Positions 1 through 9,827 of a stretch of 52,369 bases of DNA are shown piece by piece. Both the position numbers and the translations under genes were made by a program. Origin of the DNA: Minisyncoccota bacterium (GTDB lineage Bacteria > Patescibacteriota > Minisyncoccia > UBA6257 > GWB1-50-10); assembly GCA_041659005.1 (NCBI GenBank), contig JBAZZD010000004.1, positions 1 to 52,369 of the forward strand, given 5' to 3'. Within the stretch, counting starts at the first letter, position 1. Every line of letters starts with the position of its first letter. The notes under the pieces were generated by a model. The model was given only the letters and a program-made list of their open reading frames with translations, was not told where the DNA came from and searched no databases.

Positions 1-33
1 CTATTTGTCAATTATTGAAAAAAAAGCATAAAT

Positions 34-66
34 CGTTCTATACTGTGATAGAGAACGGTTTTTTTG
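34..66 (+). terminator. Rho-independent terminator of an upstream off-window gene
   Basis: Stem cgttctata/tagagaacg (34-42 / 49-57, one mismatch) followed by a T7 run at 59-65. Confidence 0.5.
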
Positions 67-99
67 TATCCGTCTTAATGTATAAATCACCCAAACGAA

Positions 100-1800
100 A
101 TGAAACAATCTCATTATTTTCTCAAAACCAGTAAGACATTCTCTGAAGAAGATTCGATAATTTCAGCCCGTTTTTTGAAACAGGCAGGATTTGTTCAGGA
201 GTCGGTTGCGGGACGATATTATTTTCTTCCTATTGGACATAGGGTTCAGCAGAATATTATGAGAATTATAAAGGAAGAAATGGATAGAGTTGGGGCACAA
301 GAAATGATTGCTCCTATTTTACATCCACTTGAGTTATGGAAAGAAACAAATAGAACAAACACTACTGGATTTGAATTAATGAAAGTTAAGGATAGACGGG
401 GATCCGAGTTCGCATTAGGAGGAACAGCCGAGGAAATGTTTGTTGATTTGGTTCGTAAATATGAATTGAGTTACAAAAATCTTCCGTTTCATTTATATCA
501 ATTTTCTCCAAAGTTTCGTGATGAGATTCGTGCGCGCGGTGGACTGCTTCGGGTGCGTGAATTCATTATGAAAGATGGATATTCATTTCATAGAAATGAA
601 GAGGATTTCAAAGTGGTTTACGAAGAGATGAAGCGGGTGTATTCAAAGATATTTGAGCGAATGGGGCTTAAAACAGTTATTGTTGAGGCAGATAATGGGT
701 ATATTGGAGGAGAATACTGTCATGAATTTATCGTTGAGGCCGAGAGCGGAGAAAGTAGATTTTTTGTCTCTGATGATGGATTATATGCAGCGCACGAAGA
801 TATTGCAAAATTTAAACGTGATCCAGCAAATGGCGGAGAGAAAGAGCTTCCATTTGAAATTATTTCACAGCCTGAGTGGGTGCAGACAATGGATGATAAC
901 GTAAAGCATTATCAGAAAGAAAAAAAACATTTTTTAAAAAATGTTGTATATAAAAATACTATAACAGGAGAACTTATTATTGCGGTAGTAACGGGGGATT
1001 TGGAAGTAAATCAGACAAAACTTGAGCACGTGCTTAAGATGGTGGGTCAGCTTTCTCCCGCGGAAGAGATTGATTTAGAAAAATTAGGAACGAAACATGG
1101 ATATGTTCATTCATGGGGACATAACGCACGATATATTGGAGACGTTGTTTTATCTTATGCAAAAAATCTTATTGGGGGACAAAAAGCAGACACAACAGAT
1201 TCAATTAACGTGAATCATGGACGAGATTTCACATGTGAGTTTCTTGCGGATATTGCATCGGCAAAACCAGGTGATATATCGGAGAATGGAAGTGTATTAA
1301 AAGAGAAGCGAGGAATTGAGGTGGGAAATACATTTCAACTTGGGTATCACTACACGACTCTTATGAAGGGTGCGACATATAAGGACGAAGACGGAAGCGA
1401 CAAGCCATTGTATATGGGATGCTATGGAATTGGGGTTGGCCGGACGATGGCGACACTTGTGGAGCAGTTCCATGACAGAAAAGGGATACAGTGGCCAGAG
1501 GCGGTTGCTCCGTTTAGAGTTCATCTCATTGCATTATTAACAAAGGACGATAATTTGAAAAAGGAAGCAGAATTACTTTATACTAGACTTGTTGCTCTGG
1601 GAGTTGAAGTGCTCTTTGATGATCGGGAGGGGATATCTGCGGGTGAGAAACTTGCAGATGCAGATCTTATTGGAATTCCATATCGGGTGCTTATCAGTGA
1701 AAAAACACAAAAAGAAGGAAAGATAGAGATAAAAAAGAGAACAGAGGAAGTGGCGCAATTACTGAATGAAGATGAGATAATAAAAATAATTACAAAATGA
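100..1800 (+). CDS. proS: Prolyl-tRNA synthetase (class II, bacterial type)
   Basis: 566-aa ORF. Class II motifs FRDEIRARGGLLRVREF and GCYGIGVGR. C-terminal anticodon-binding region. Confidence 0.95.
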   Translation: MKQSHYFLKTSKTFSEEDSIISARFLKQAGFVQESVAGRYYFLPIGHRVQQNIMRIIKEEMDRVGAQEMIAPILHPLELWKETNRTNTTGFELMKVKDRRGSEFALGGTAEEMFVDLVRKYELSYKNLPFHLYQFSPKFRDEIRARGGLLRVREFIMKDGYSFHRNEEDFKVVYEEMKRVYSKIFERMGLKTVIVEADNGYIGGEYCHEFIVEAESGESRFFVSDDGLYAAHEDIAKFKRDPANGGEKELPFEIISQPEWVQTMDDNVKHYQKEKKHFLKNVVYKNTITGELIIAVVTGDLEVNQTKLEHVLKMVGQLSPAEEIDLEKLGTKHGYVHSWGHNARYIGDVVLSYAKNLIGGQKADTTDSINVNHGRDFTCEFLADIASAKPGDISENGSVLKEKRGIEVGNTFQLGYHYTTLMKGATYKDEDGSDKPLYMGCYGIGVGRTMATLVEQFHDRKGIQWPEAVAPFRVHLIALLTKDDNLKKEAELLYTRLVALGVEVLFDDREGISAGEKLADADLIGIPYRVLISEKTQKEGKIEIKKRTEEVAQLLNEDEIIKIITK

Positions 1801-2822
1801 TATTAAAGAAAATTATCGGGATAGATCTTGGAACTGATACAACCCAAATATATTTGAAGGGATTGGGAGTTGTAGTAAATGAACCAACAATTGTTGCATG
1901 TAATAATAGAACTGATCGAGTTGTCGCGGTTGGAAATGAAGCAAAAAAAATGCTTGCTCGAACACCTGCTCACATCACCGCACTTCGTCCAATTATGAAC
2001 GGGGTGATTGCTGACTTTGATATGGTAAAAGAGCTGCTTCAAAGTTTTTTGAAACGAGATGTTATCCCATGGTCTTGGATTACTGAGACTATTGTGAGTA
2101 TTCCTACTAATCTTACCGAAGTAGAACGAAAATCAGTTGAAGATTTATTAAAGGAATCGGGGGCGAATTCAGTGTACTTAATTGAGCAACCACTTGCGGC
2201 AGCATTTGGAAGCCGACTGGACATCAATCTTCCCTCTGCGTTTCTTGTCGTTGATATTGGTGCGGGGACAACGGATATGGCAATTATCTCAATGAATGGG
2301 ATTGTTGTCTCGCGCCGTCTAAAAATTGCAGGGGACTATCTTAACCAAGAAATTATCAAAGGAGTGCGCGACGAACTTCGTCTCCATATCGGAGAACCAA
2401 CCGCCGAAGAAATAAAAATTGCGGTGGGTTCTGTTATTCCAACTGGGGAGCGCCTTGAGCTTACGGTGCGAGGAAGGGATGTTGCTTCAGGACTTCCAAG
2501 AGAAATTTCAATTCGTGATACGCAGGTTCGTTTGTGGCTTATTCGACCAATAAAACAAATAATAGAAGCAATAAAAGACCTAATTGAATCAGCACCGCCA
2601 GAACTTGTTGGGGATATTTATAAGAACGGAATGTATTTTTGTGGTGGAGGGAGTTTGCTTCGTGGAATTGATCAGGTAACAGAAAAAGAAATCGGTGTTC
2701 GAGTTCAGATTGTTGAAGACCCATTAGCATGTGTTGCACGCGGAACTGGTCTTGTATGTGAGAAATTTGATACACATAAGCATCTTTTAAATAATTTTTC
2801 ACGTTTGAAACTTGATGAATAA
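1797..2822 (+). CDS. mreB: Rod shape-determining actin-like protein MreB
   Basis: ATGA overlap with proS. Actin-fold motifs GIDLGT, VDIGAGTTD and CGGGSLLRG. Followed by mreC/mreD. Confidence 0.9.
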   Translation: MILKKIIGIDLGTDTTQIYLKGLGVVVNEPTIVACNNRTDRVVAVGNEAKKMLARTPAHITALRPIMNGVIADFDMVKELLQSFLKRDVIPWSWITETIVSIPTNLTEVERKSVEDLLKESGANSVYLIEQPLAAAFGSRLDINLPSAFLVVDIGAGTTDMAIISMNGIVVSRRLKIAGDYLNQEIIKGVRDELRLHIGEPTAEEIKIAVGSVIPTGERLELTVRGRDVASGLPREISIRDTQVRLWLIRPIKQIIEAIKDLIESAPPELVGDIYKNGMYFCGGGSLLRGIDQVTEKEIGVRVQIVEDPLACVARGTGLVCEKFDTHKHLLNNFSRLKLDE

Positions 2823-2835
2823 TTTTTTTGGATTC

Positions 2836-2934
2836 GTCCCGTTAGAAGCGGATATATCTTTGAACTAATATGGAATATGTTTATACGCTTTATTTTAAAA
2901 ATGTCGAAAAATTCTTGGCTAGCTTTCTAACGGG
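2836..2934 (+). repeat. Inverted-repeat element copy 1 (GTCCCGTTAGAAGC ... GCTTTCTAACGGG), between mreB and mreC
   Basis: Left arm at 2836-2849 and right arm at 2922-2934, directly abutting the mreC ATG at 2935. Same architecture as the copies at 11454, 14414, 25746 and 27440. Confidence 0.8.
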
Positions 2935-3627
2935 ATGAAAACAACCCGTGTATTAGTTCAAGTTTTGCTGCTTATTACCTTAGTTATCGTGCTCCTCACC
3001 GCTCAGAGTGAGGTGGGTAATTTTATTGTTGGTCTTCGTAATATTGCATACGGAATATTTGGTCCCTCATGTGATGTGCAGAATATGAAACGTGTCGAAG
3101 TTGAAAATAAATCACTGAGGAAACAGGTTGAGTTTCTTTCACTAAAAACCGGAATAAAAGATGAAAACGGAGAACTTTTAGCAAATGTATATTCATCATA
3201 TCCATTTAGCGATAAAGTTCATATTGTTGTTGATAAAGGAAGTATAGATGGAGTAAATACTGGCATGCCAGTTATGATAGACAAGAATATTGTTGTTGGA
3301 AAAATTATTTCTGTTCGCAAAACCCAGAGTGAGGTACAGACAATATTTGATCCAGAATGGAAAACGAGTGTGATCGTAGGGACATCTACAAAAGCAGTCT
3401 TAAAGGGAGGTAATATTCCAGAAATTCAGTTTATTCCGAAGGATGCAACTATCGCCCCATTTGATACAGTTTTAAATATCGCTCAGGAATTTCCGATGCG
3501 TGCATTACTTGGTTCAATAAAGTCGATCAGAGAAGATGAGAAGAAATTATGGCAAATTGCAACACTCGAAATACCAATTTCATTTGATGCAATTAATTTA
3601 GTGACCATTCTCACCAAGTTTCCATAA
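2935..3627 (+). CDS. mreC: Rod shape-determining protein MreC
   Basis: N-terminal TM helix, then a coiled-coil (VENKSLRKQVEFLS), then a beta-rich C-terminal part. Lies between mreB and mreD. Confidence 0.7.
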   Translation: MKTTRVLVQVLLLITLVIVLLTAQSEVGNFIVGLRNIAYGIFGPSCDVQNMKRVEVENKSLRKQVEFLSLKTGIKDENGELLANVYSSYPFSDKVHIVVDKGSIDGVNTGMPVMIDKNIVVGKIISVRKTQSEVQTIFDPEWKTSVIVGTSTKAVLKGGNIPEIQFIPKDATIAPFDTVLNIAQEFPMRALLGSIKSIREDEKKLWQIATLEIPISFDAINLVTILTKFP

Positions 3628-3632
3628 AGTAT

Positions 3633-4109
3633 ATGAAAGCATTTTCTTTTTTTCTTATTATAACCATCATTTTTATTATTGCGCTTATTAGCATGAATTC
3701 GGGCGCACTTCGTTTTTTTAATACGAATCCGAATTTAGTTTTTGCATTTATTGCTGGACTTATTGCTCTTCGTGTAAAAAATAGTATTGTTTGCTCCCTT
3801 CTTTTTCTTTTGCTTCTTCTTGCCTTTCTTTTTTTTCCTTTTTGGATTGTAGAATATTCATTATTATGTGGTGTTGGATTTATTTCGCTTTTTGCTCGTT
3901 CAAAATTAACAGGAAATTCGATAAGCGATGTACTTATTCTTTCTTCAATTGGCTCTCTTCTGTTTTCTCTTTGTCTTTGGTTTTTTTCTCACTCATCAAT
4001 TGATATATATCAAATAGTATTACAAGTAGCATATAACAGTATTTGTGGTGTTATTTTAGTATTAATTTTAAAGCCGTTAATAAAACGGGGAGGGATTTCG
4101 CGATTATGA
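3633..4109 (+). CDS. mreD: Rod shape-determining protein MreD (polytopic membrane protein)
   Basis: 158-aa, very hydrophobic ORF. Position after mreC. Stop overlaps the PBP2 start (ATGA). Confidence 0.55.
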   Translation: MKAFSFFLIITIIFIIALISMNSGALRFFNTNPNLVFAFIAGLIALRVKNSIVCSLLFLLLLLAFLFFPFWIVEYSLLCGVGFISLFARSKLTGNSISDVLILSSIGSLLFSLCLWFFSHSSIDIYQIVLQVAYNSICGVILVLILKPLIKRGGISRL

Positions 4110-5971
4110 GGTCAAGAAAGAATATAGAATTTGAAGAAATCCTTTCTGATAAAAGTGTTGAGGGAAGTATACGGGAGGTTCCAATTCGCGAGCGGAAATT
4201 TTTTATTCTAATCGCTGTTGTTGCTATTATTGTTGGGGCGATGATAGTGGAATTAGTTTGGTTAAATATTGGGAAGCAAGAACTATATACCGAACGCGCG
4301 CTTGATAACGTATCTGATTCGAAGGTAAAACATTCTCCGCGCGGGATTATTTATGACAGATTTGCAAAAGCGATGACCGAAAATGCTCCTGCATTTAACG
4401 TATATCTCATTCCGCAGAAGCTTCCCGTTGATAGAGTTCAACGCCAACAAGCAATTAAAAGAATTGCAGACATATTGAGAATGTCTGAGTGGGAAATTGT
4501 AAAAAAAATTGAAGAAAAAGATTGGTCTATCTCTGGGAAAATGCTTTTAGCTGATGAAATTTCGCAAAATCAACTTGTCGAGCTTTCATCGTCAGAATAT
4601 TTGGGTATTTCAATTGAGGAAAGTTTTCAGCGAATCCATTCAGTTCCCTATGCCTTTTCTGAATTCATTGGATATACTGGGCTTGTAAACAAAGAGGACA
4701 TTTTAAATAATTCTGATTTAACGATCGACGACAGAATTGGACGTTCTGGACTTGAGATGTATTACGATCAGTTTTTGCGTGGTGTTAATGGAAAAGATGT
4801 AGTATATAAGACCGCAAAGGGGGAAATAAAAGATGAGCGTCTTGAGCGTGAACCGAAGCCAGGAAAAAACATAACGACATATATTGATTCAGATTTTCAA
4901 AAGTTTTTTTATGAAAGTCTAAAGAAACAACTTGAAGTTCTTGGAAGAGATGTTGGTGTTGGTATTGCGATTGATCCACGGAATGGAGAAGTACTTGCAC
5001 TTACGTCTGTTCCTGGGTTTGATTCGCAGAAAATTGGAAGTGCAATTATTGATTCACGGAGGCCGTTATTTAGTCGATCAGTTGCTGGAGTGTATAATCC
5101 TGGATCAACGATAAAGCCACTTGTTGCCACCGCGGCACTTACTGAGGGGACGATAACACCCGTTTCTAGTTTTTTTTCTTCTGGAATGCTTGAGATTCCT
5201 AATCCCTATACCCCGTCGCTTCCATCAAAATTTCCTGACAACAAGGCGCATGGGTGGGTGAATGCTCGATCCGCACTTGCTCGGTCAAGCAATATTTTTT
5301 TCTATATTGTTGGTGGGGGATATCAAAATCAAAAAGGGCTTGGGATTTATAAACTTAAAGAGTGGTGGACAGCATTTGGATTGGCAGAAAAAACAGGAAT
5401 CGATATTCCAGGAGAAAAAATTGGATTTCTTCCCGACCCAGAGTGGAAGGAGAAAGAAACCGGCGATCCATGGCGATTGGGAGACACTTATCATGTGTCT
5501 ATTGGGCAGGGAGATTTTTCAATAACCCCAATTGAGTTGTTGAATTATATTTGTGCAATTGCAAATGGAGGAATGCTTTATAAACCAAGAATTGTTGATC
5601 AGATAACCAATAGTGAGGGAAATGAATTATTAAAGACCCGTCCAAGTGTTATTCGTGACTTGAAAGCGAAGATATCTCCTGATGCGCTCCATGAAGTGCA
5701 GGAAGGAATGAAAGATGTAGTTGATATGCAATATGGAACTGCATACTTACTTCATGACATTCCAATGAACATTGCTGCGAAATCTGGAACAGCACAAATA
5801 CAAAATAATGCAAAAACAAATGCGTTTTTTGTCGGATATGCACCTGCAGAGGATCCAAAGATTGCGATCCTTATTCTTGTTGAAAATTCGCGTGAGGGGA
5901 GTTTAAATGCGACTCCAGTAGCCAGAGATGTTCTCCTGTGGTACTATAATAATCGTCTCAAGGGGTTGTGA
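4106..5971 (+). CDS. mrdA: Penicillin-binding protein 2 (elongation transpeptidase)
   Basis: Motifs SxxK (GSTIKP), SxN (RSSN) and K(S/T)G (KSGTA). N-terminal TM helix. The ATG at 4106 is preferred over the TTG at 4043 because of the ATGA coupling with mreD. Confidence 0.85.
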   Translation: MRSRKNIEFEEILSDKSVEGSIREVPIRERKFFILIAVVAIIVGAMIVELVWLNIGKQELYTERALDNVSDSKVKHSPRGIIYDRFAKAMTENAPAFNVYLIPQKLPVDRVQRQQAIKRIADILRMSEWEIVKKIEEKDWSISGKMLLADEISQNQLVELSSSEYLGISIEESFQRIHSVPYAFSEFIGYTGLVNKEDILNNSDLTIDDRIGRSGLEMYYDQFLRGVNGKDVVYKTAKGEIKDERLEREPKPGKNITTYIDSDFQKFFYESLKKQLEVLGRDVGVGIAIDPRNGEVLALTSVPGFDSQKIGSAIIDSRRPLFSRSVAGVYNPGSTIKPLVATAALTEGTITPVSSFFSSGMLEIPNPYTPSLPSKFPDNKAHGWVNARSALARSSNIFFYIVGGGYQNQKGLGIYKLKEWWTAFGLAEKTGIDIPGEKIGFLPDPEWKEKETGDPWRLGDTYHVSIGQGDFSITPIELLNYICAIANGGMLYKPRIVDQITNSEGNELLKTRPSVIRDLKAKISPDALHEVQEGMKDVVDMQYGTAYLLHDIPMNIAAKSGTAQIQNNAKTNAFFVGYAPAEDPKIAILILVENSREGSLNATPVARDVLLWYYNNRLKGL

Positions 5972-5992
5972 ACCCTTGTTTTCCAAAAAATT

Positions 5993-6463
5993 ATGTCAAC
6001 AAATAAAAATTATCTTACAAAAGAGCGATATGCGGAGATTATTACAGAGCTTGAATCATTAAAGCTTGAAGGACGTCGCACGGTTGCGGAGCGACTGAAA
6101 CATGCGAAAGAACTTGGTGATTTGTCTGAAAATTCAGAATATCAAGAAGCTCGTGATGAGCAGGCGCGCCTTGAGGGAAAAATTGCAGAACTTGAAGACC
6201 TACTTCGCAATTCCGCGATTATTGAGAAGACTACAAATGGAGCTGGGGGAGTACGAGTTGGTTCAAGGGTAACAGTAAAGAAAGGAGGAGAAACACGCGT
6301 GTTCACCATTGTCGGTTCAAATGAATCAAAACCAACTGAAGGATTAATATCGAATGAATCGCCAATTGGTCAGGCGCTCATTGGAAAAAAAGAAGGAGAG
6401 AAAACAACCGTGGTAACCCCAACGGGTATTACCGTTGAATATACAGTAGTTTCAATTGAGTAA
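5993..6463 (+). CDS. greA: Transcription elongation factor GreA
   Basis: 156 aa. N-terminal coiled-coil with the GDLSENSEYQEARDEQ motif. C-terminal FKBP-like domain. Confidence 0.9.
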   Translation: MSTNKNYLTKERYAEIITELESLKLEGRRTVAERLKHAKELGDLSENSEYQEARDEQARLEGKIAELEDLLRNSAIIEKTTNGAGGVRVGSRVTVKKGGETRVFTIVGSNESKPTEGLISNESPIGQALIGKKEGEKTTVVTPTGITVEYTVVSIE

Positions 6464-6469
6464 TTGCTT

Positions 6470-7912
6470 ATGATCGAAGATATCATTGAAGAGCGAAAGA
6501 AAAAACTTGCAGAATACTCAAAAATTGCGAGTGCATATCCTGCACGCATTACTCGAGACATGACAATCGCTAATGCGATTTCGAAATTTGATGAATTTTC
6601 CGAACAGAAAAAGAAAGTAACTCTTGTAGGAAGAGTTACTGCCCTCCGCGATCAGGGAAAAATTTTGTTTTGTGATATAAAAGACGAAAATGGAAAAATT
6701 CAAGCGGTTTTAAACGATGCAGAAATGGATAATTTTACGCTTATCCAAAATACACTTGATGTCGGAGATTTTATTGAGGTGTGTGGAACGTTATTTGCGA
6801 CAAAACGTGGAGAAAAAAGTATTTCGCCTATTTTAGTACGAATTATTGGGAAAAGTATCCGTCCGCTTCCGTCTGAATGGTATGGATTAGAAGACACTGA
6901 AATACGTTTGAGAAAGCGATATCTTGATATGCTCACTCATCCAGAGATACGCGAACTTTTTATAAAAAAAGATATTTTTTGGACTACTATTAGGAATTTT
7001 TTAAAAAATGAAGAATTTCGAGAAGTTGAAACCGCAGTATTGGAACCTATTCCTGGAGGAGCAGAAGCTGAGCCGTTTGTAACACATCATAATGCACTTG
7101 ATACCAATTTTTATCTTCGTATTTCACTGGAGCTTCCGCTGAAGAGGCTTCTTGTTGGCGGATTTGAGAAGGTATTTGAGATTGGGAGAATTTTTAGGAA
7201 TGAAGGAATTGATAGGGAACATCTTCAGGATTATACCCAAATGGAATGTTATTGGGCGTATGCAGATTATAACAATATGATGGATCTCACTCGAAAGATG
7301 TATCAAGAAGTGGTGAAGCAGATTACTGGTGGATATGTGACAACGTATCAGGATATGAAAATTGATTGGGGTGGAGAATGGCCACTGGTTGATTATTATG
7401 ATGAGTTTAAAAAAGAAACGGGATTGGATTTGAAAATTGCGACAGGAGAAGATCTAAAAAAGAAGGCAGAAGAATTAAAAATACGGCTTGAGCCAAATAT
7501 GGGGCGTGGTCGTCTTATTGATTTAGTGTATAAAAAAGCAGTTCGCCCATTATTATTACAGCCATGTTTTTTAATAAATCCTCCGGTTGATATTGAACCG
7601 CTCGCAAAGCGAAGTGAAAAAGACAAGGGAAGAGTTGAACGGTTTCAGATTATGGTGGGAGGAACAGAACTTGGGAAAGGATTTTCTGAACTTAATGACC
7701 CCATTGATCAGCGAGCACGATTTGAGGAGCAGATGAAACTTCGAGAAGCAGGAGACAATGAGGCGCAGAGAATTGATAATGATTTTCTTGAAGCACTTGA
7801 ATATGGAATGCCGCCTGCTGCGGGATTTGGTCTTTCAGAGCGATTATTTTCGGTAATTATGAATCGGCCGATTCGGGAAACGGTAATTTTCCCTCTTATG
7901 AGGCAAGAATAG
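6470..7912 (+). CDS. lysS: Lysyl-tRNA synthetase (class II)
   Basis: OB-fold N-domain and class II core (FRNEGIDREHLQDYTQMECY, GFGLSERL). The ATG at 6470 is preferred over the TTG at 6464. Confidence 0.92.
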   Translation: MIEDIIEERKKKLAEYSKIASAYPARITRDMTIANAISKFDEFSEQKKKVTLVGRVTALRDQGKILFCDIKDENGKIQAVLNDAEMDNFTLIQNTLDVGDFIEVCGTLFATKRGEKSISPILVRIIGKSIRPLPSEWYGLEDTEIRLRKRYLDMLTHPEIRELFIKKDIFWTTIRNFLKNEEFREVETAVLEPIPGGAEAEPFVTHHNALDTNFYLRISLELPLKRLLVGGFEKVFEIGRIFRNEGIDREHLQDYTQMECYWAYADYNNMMDLTRKMYQEVVKQITGGYVTTYQDMKIDWGGEWPLVDYYDEFKKETGLDLKIATGEDLKKKAEELKIRLEPNMGRGRLIDLVYKKAVRPLLLQPCFLINPPVDIEPLAKRSEKDKGRVERFQIMVGGTELGKGFSELNDPIDQRARFEEQMKLREAGDNEAQRIDNDFLEALEYGMPPAAGFGLSERLFSVIMNRPIRETVIFPLMRQE

Positions 7913-7914
7913 GT

Positions 7915-8259
7915 ATGACATTAAAAGAGTTAGACATATTTATCAAAGCTGAGGATATACGTCTGCAAACAATGCATGGGAATTATGAAGATGAAGAAAA
8001 GCGTCTTCTTGCGCGCACGGTAAAACTTTCTGAGGAAGTTGGAGAACTTAGTGAGATGATTCTTTCGCATTGTTCGTTTCAAAGAAAAGAAAAACTTGAA
8101 GCACTCAACAAAGCACAAATTTCAGGAGAGTTTGCAGATGTTATCATTGTGTGTGCCTTGCTTGCGAATACTATGAAGGTTGATCTCGAAGATGCAATCG
8201 AAAAAAAGATAAAAGTTATCGAAGAAAGACATAAAAAACATTTAGAAACAATGGTATGA
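7915..8259 (+). CDS. MazG-like all-alpha nucleotide pyrophosphohydrolase
   Basis: 114 aa with the EExGE...EFADV pattern (EEVGELSEMI, GEFADVIIVCALLAN) typical of MazG-type NTP-PPases. Confidence 0.6.
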   Translation: MTLKELDIFIKAEDIRLQTMHGNYEDEEKRLLARTVKLSEEVGELSEMILSHCSFQRKEKLEALNKAQISGEFADVIIVCALLANTMKVDLEDAIEKKIKVIEERHKKHLETMV

Positions 8260-8292
8260 AAATTGGAAAATTACGATCGTTCATTGATGCGG

Positions 8293-8321
8293 TTGACTCA
8301 CGAAAGCTAAATTAATATAGA
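8293..8321 (+). promoter_or_regulatory. Candidate sigma70 promoter of serS
   Basis: TTGACT-N17-TATAGA, about 40 nt upstream of the serS ATG. Confidence 0.45.
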
Positions 8322-8362
8322 GTTATTTTTGTCGCAATCTAAATTTAAAATTTAAAAAAATT

Positions 8363-9628
8363 ATGTTAGATATTCAATATATTCGTGAAAACGAAGAAAA
8401 AGTAAAAAAAGGATTAGAAAAAAAGAAACAAGATCCAAAGTTAGTTGATAAGTTTTTGCATGCCGATGAAGAGCTTCGTGGGAAAATTCTTGCATTTGAA
8501 ACATTAAAAGCGGAACAGAATGCACTTTCAAAACAACTTTCAGCAGGGCGAAGTGAAGATCTGGTGAATAAGGCACAGGTAATGAAGAAGAGACTCGCAG
8601 AGCTTGAAACTGAGCGAGAAGAACTTGAGAAGAAGAGAAGTGATATTCTCTCGCGTATTCCTAATATGCCATTCGAAGATGTAATTGTTGGGAAAGATGA
8701 AACGGAAAACAAGGTTGTGCGGGAAGTAGGAGAGAAGAGAGATTTTGAGAGCGAGGGATTCAAACCGCTCGATTATCTTGTGATCGGAGAAAAATTGGGA
8801 ATTATCAATGTAAAAAAAGCGGCAGAGGTTTCAGGAAGTCGATTCGGATACCTATTAAAGGATGCAGTACTTTTAGAATTTGCATTAGTAAAACTTGCAA
8901 TGGATACATTGCTTGAAAGAAATTTTACTCCTGCGGTTCCACCGGTAATGATAAAACCAGATGTCTACGAAGGAATGGGACGTCTTGCAGCAGATCAAAA
9001 AGATGAGCGATATTATTTTGAGAAAGATGATTTGTATCTCGTAGGAAGTTCGGAACACACCATGGGTCCGATTCATATGAATGAAGTGTTAGAAGTCGAA
9101 ACTCTTCCACGACGATATGTAGCATTTTCTACCTGCTTCAGAAGAGAAGCGGGAACATATGGAAAAGATACTAAAGGAATTTTACGCGTACATCAATTTG
9201 ATAAAGTTGAAATGTTTTCATTTTCACATCCAGAAAAATCGGAAGAAGAACACAAGTTTCTTTTAGACTGTCAGGAGACATTATGGAAAAAACTTCAGAT
9301 TCCGTATCGTGTAATTGAATTGTGTACGGGAGACATGGGGTGGACTGATGCGCGACAATTTGATATTGAGGCATGGATGCCAGGGCAGGGAACATATAGA
9401 GAGACAAATTCATGTTCAAACACGACTGATTTTCAATCACGGGGCACAAACATTAAATATAAGAATAAAGAAGGAAAAAAAGAATTAGTGCACATGTTGA
9501 ACGCAACCGCATTTGCAATTGGGAGAACGATTATTGCAATTATTGAAAATAATCAGATGAAAGATGGAACAATAAAAGTACCAAAAGTGTTGCAGGCATA
9601 CGTGGGGAAGGAGATTATTACCTTATAA
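8363..9628 (+). CDS. serS: Seryl-tRNA synthetase
   Basis: N-terminal coiled-coil arm and class II core (FRREAGTYGKDTKGILRVHQF, NATAFAIGRT). Confidence 0.93.
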   Translation: MLDIQYIRENEEKVKKGLEKKKQDPKLVDKFLHADEELRGKILAFETLKAEQNALSKQLSAGRSEDLVNKAQVMKKRLAELETEREELEKKRSDILSRIPNMPFEDVIVGKDETENKVVREVGEKRDFESEGFKPLDYLVIGEKLGIINVKKAAEVSGSRFGYLLKDAVLLEFALVKLAMDTLLERNFTPAVPPVMIKPDVYEGMGRLAADQKDERYYFEKDDLYLVGSSEHTMGPIHMNEVLEVETLPRRYVAFSTCFRREAGTYGKDTKGILRVHQFDKVEMFSFSHPEKSEEEHKFLLDCQETLWKKLQIPYRVIELCTGDMGWTDARQFDIEAWMPGQGTYRETNSCSNTTDFQSRGTNIKYKNKEGKKELVHMLNATAFAIGRTIIAIIENNQMKDGTIKVPKVLQAYVGKEIITL

Positions 9629-9681
9629 CCAACAACAAAAGGGGCAACAGAAAATTATAAATTTTTAAGCAAATAAAGAAT

Positions 9682-9722
9682 ATCACACATCTGAACGGTC
9701 GTTCGGATGTGTGATATTTTTT
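9682..9722 (+). terminator. Rho-independent terminator after serS
   Basis: 16-bp stem atcacacatctgaacg/cgttcggatgtgtgat (one G-U pair) followed by ATTTTTT. Confidence 0.8.
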
Positions 9723-9827
9723 GAATAATATAATACCATAGATCAAAGAAATCAAAAGAATCAAAATGCCGATGTTCAGTAGTTAATTTGGCTTTTACCT
9801 TGATCTTAGCTCTTGCAATTATATGTA

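Noticed and set aside
1797-1800. Alternative genetic code (UGA or UAG reassignment, as in some CPR lineages)
   Set aside because: TGA, TAA and TAG each terminate conserved proteins at the expected length (proS, ftsI and mraZ with TGA, dnaJ, rplK and murF with TAG). No conserved gene shows in-frame stops, apart from the single TAG in the accessory ORF and the homopolymer frameshift.
4043-4105. Upstream alternative starts proposed by the ORF track (TTG 4043, TTG 15087, TTG 29953, TTG 34601, GTG 45645, TTG 50184, GTG 50903, ATG 45596)
   Set aside because: In each case a downstream ATG gives the N-terminus typical of the family (PBP2, DnaK, GyrB, GatB, RNase HII, S16, TrmD, DnaE). The extensions overlap upstream genes, promoters or palindromes.
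8374-8763. Antisense or overlapping ORFs of 60-170 aa inside conserved genes (for example 8374-8763, 16532-16864, 28174-28662, 30903-31409, 42301-42663, 49774-50139, 22576-23058)
   Set aside because: They lie fully within, and opposite or out of frame to, strongly supported housekeeping CDSs. Their composition is low-complexity Ser/Phe/Ile-rich, typical of shadow ORFs in AT-rich genomes. They have no start context.
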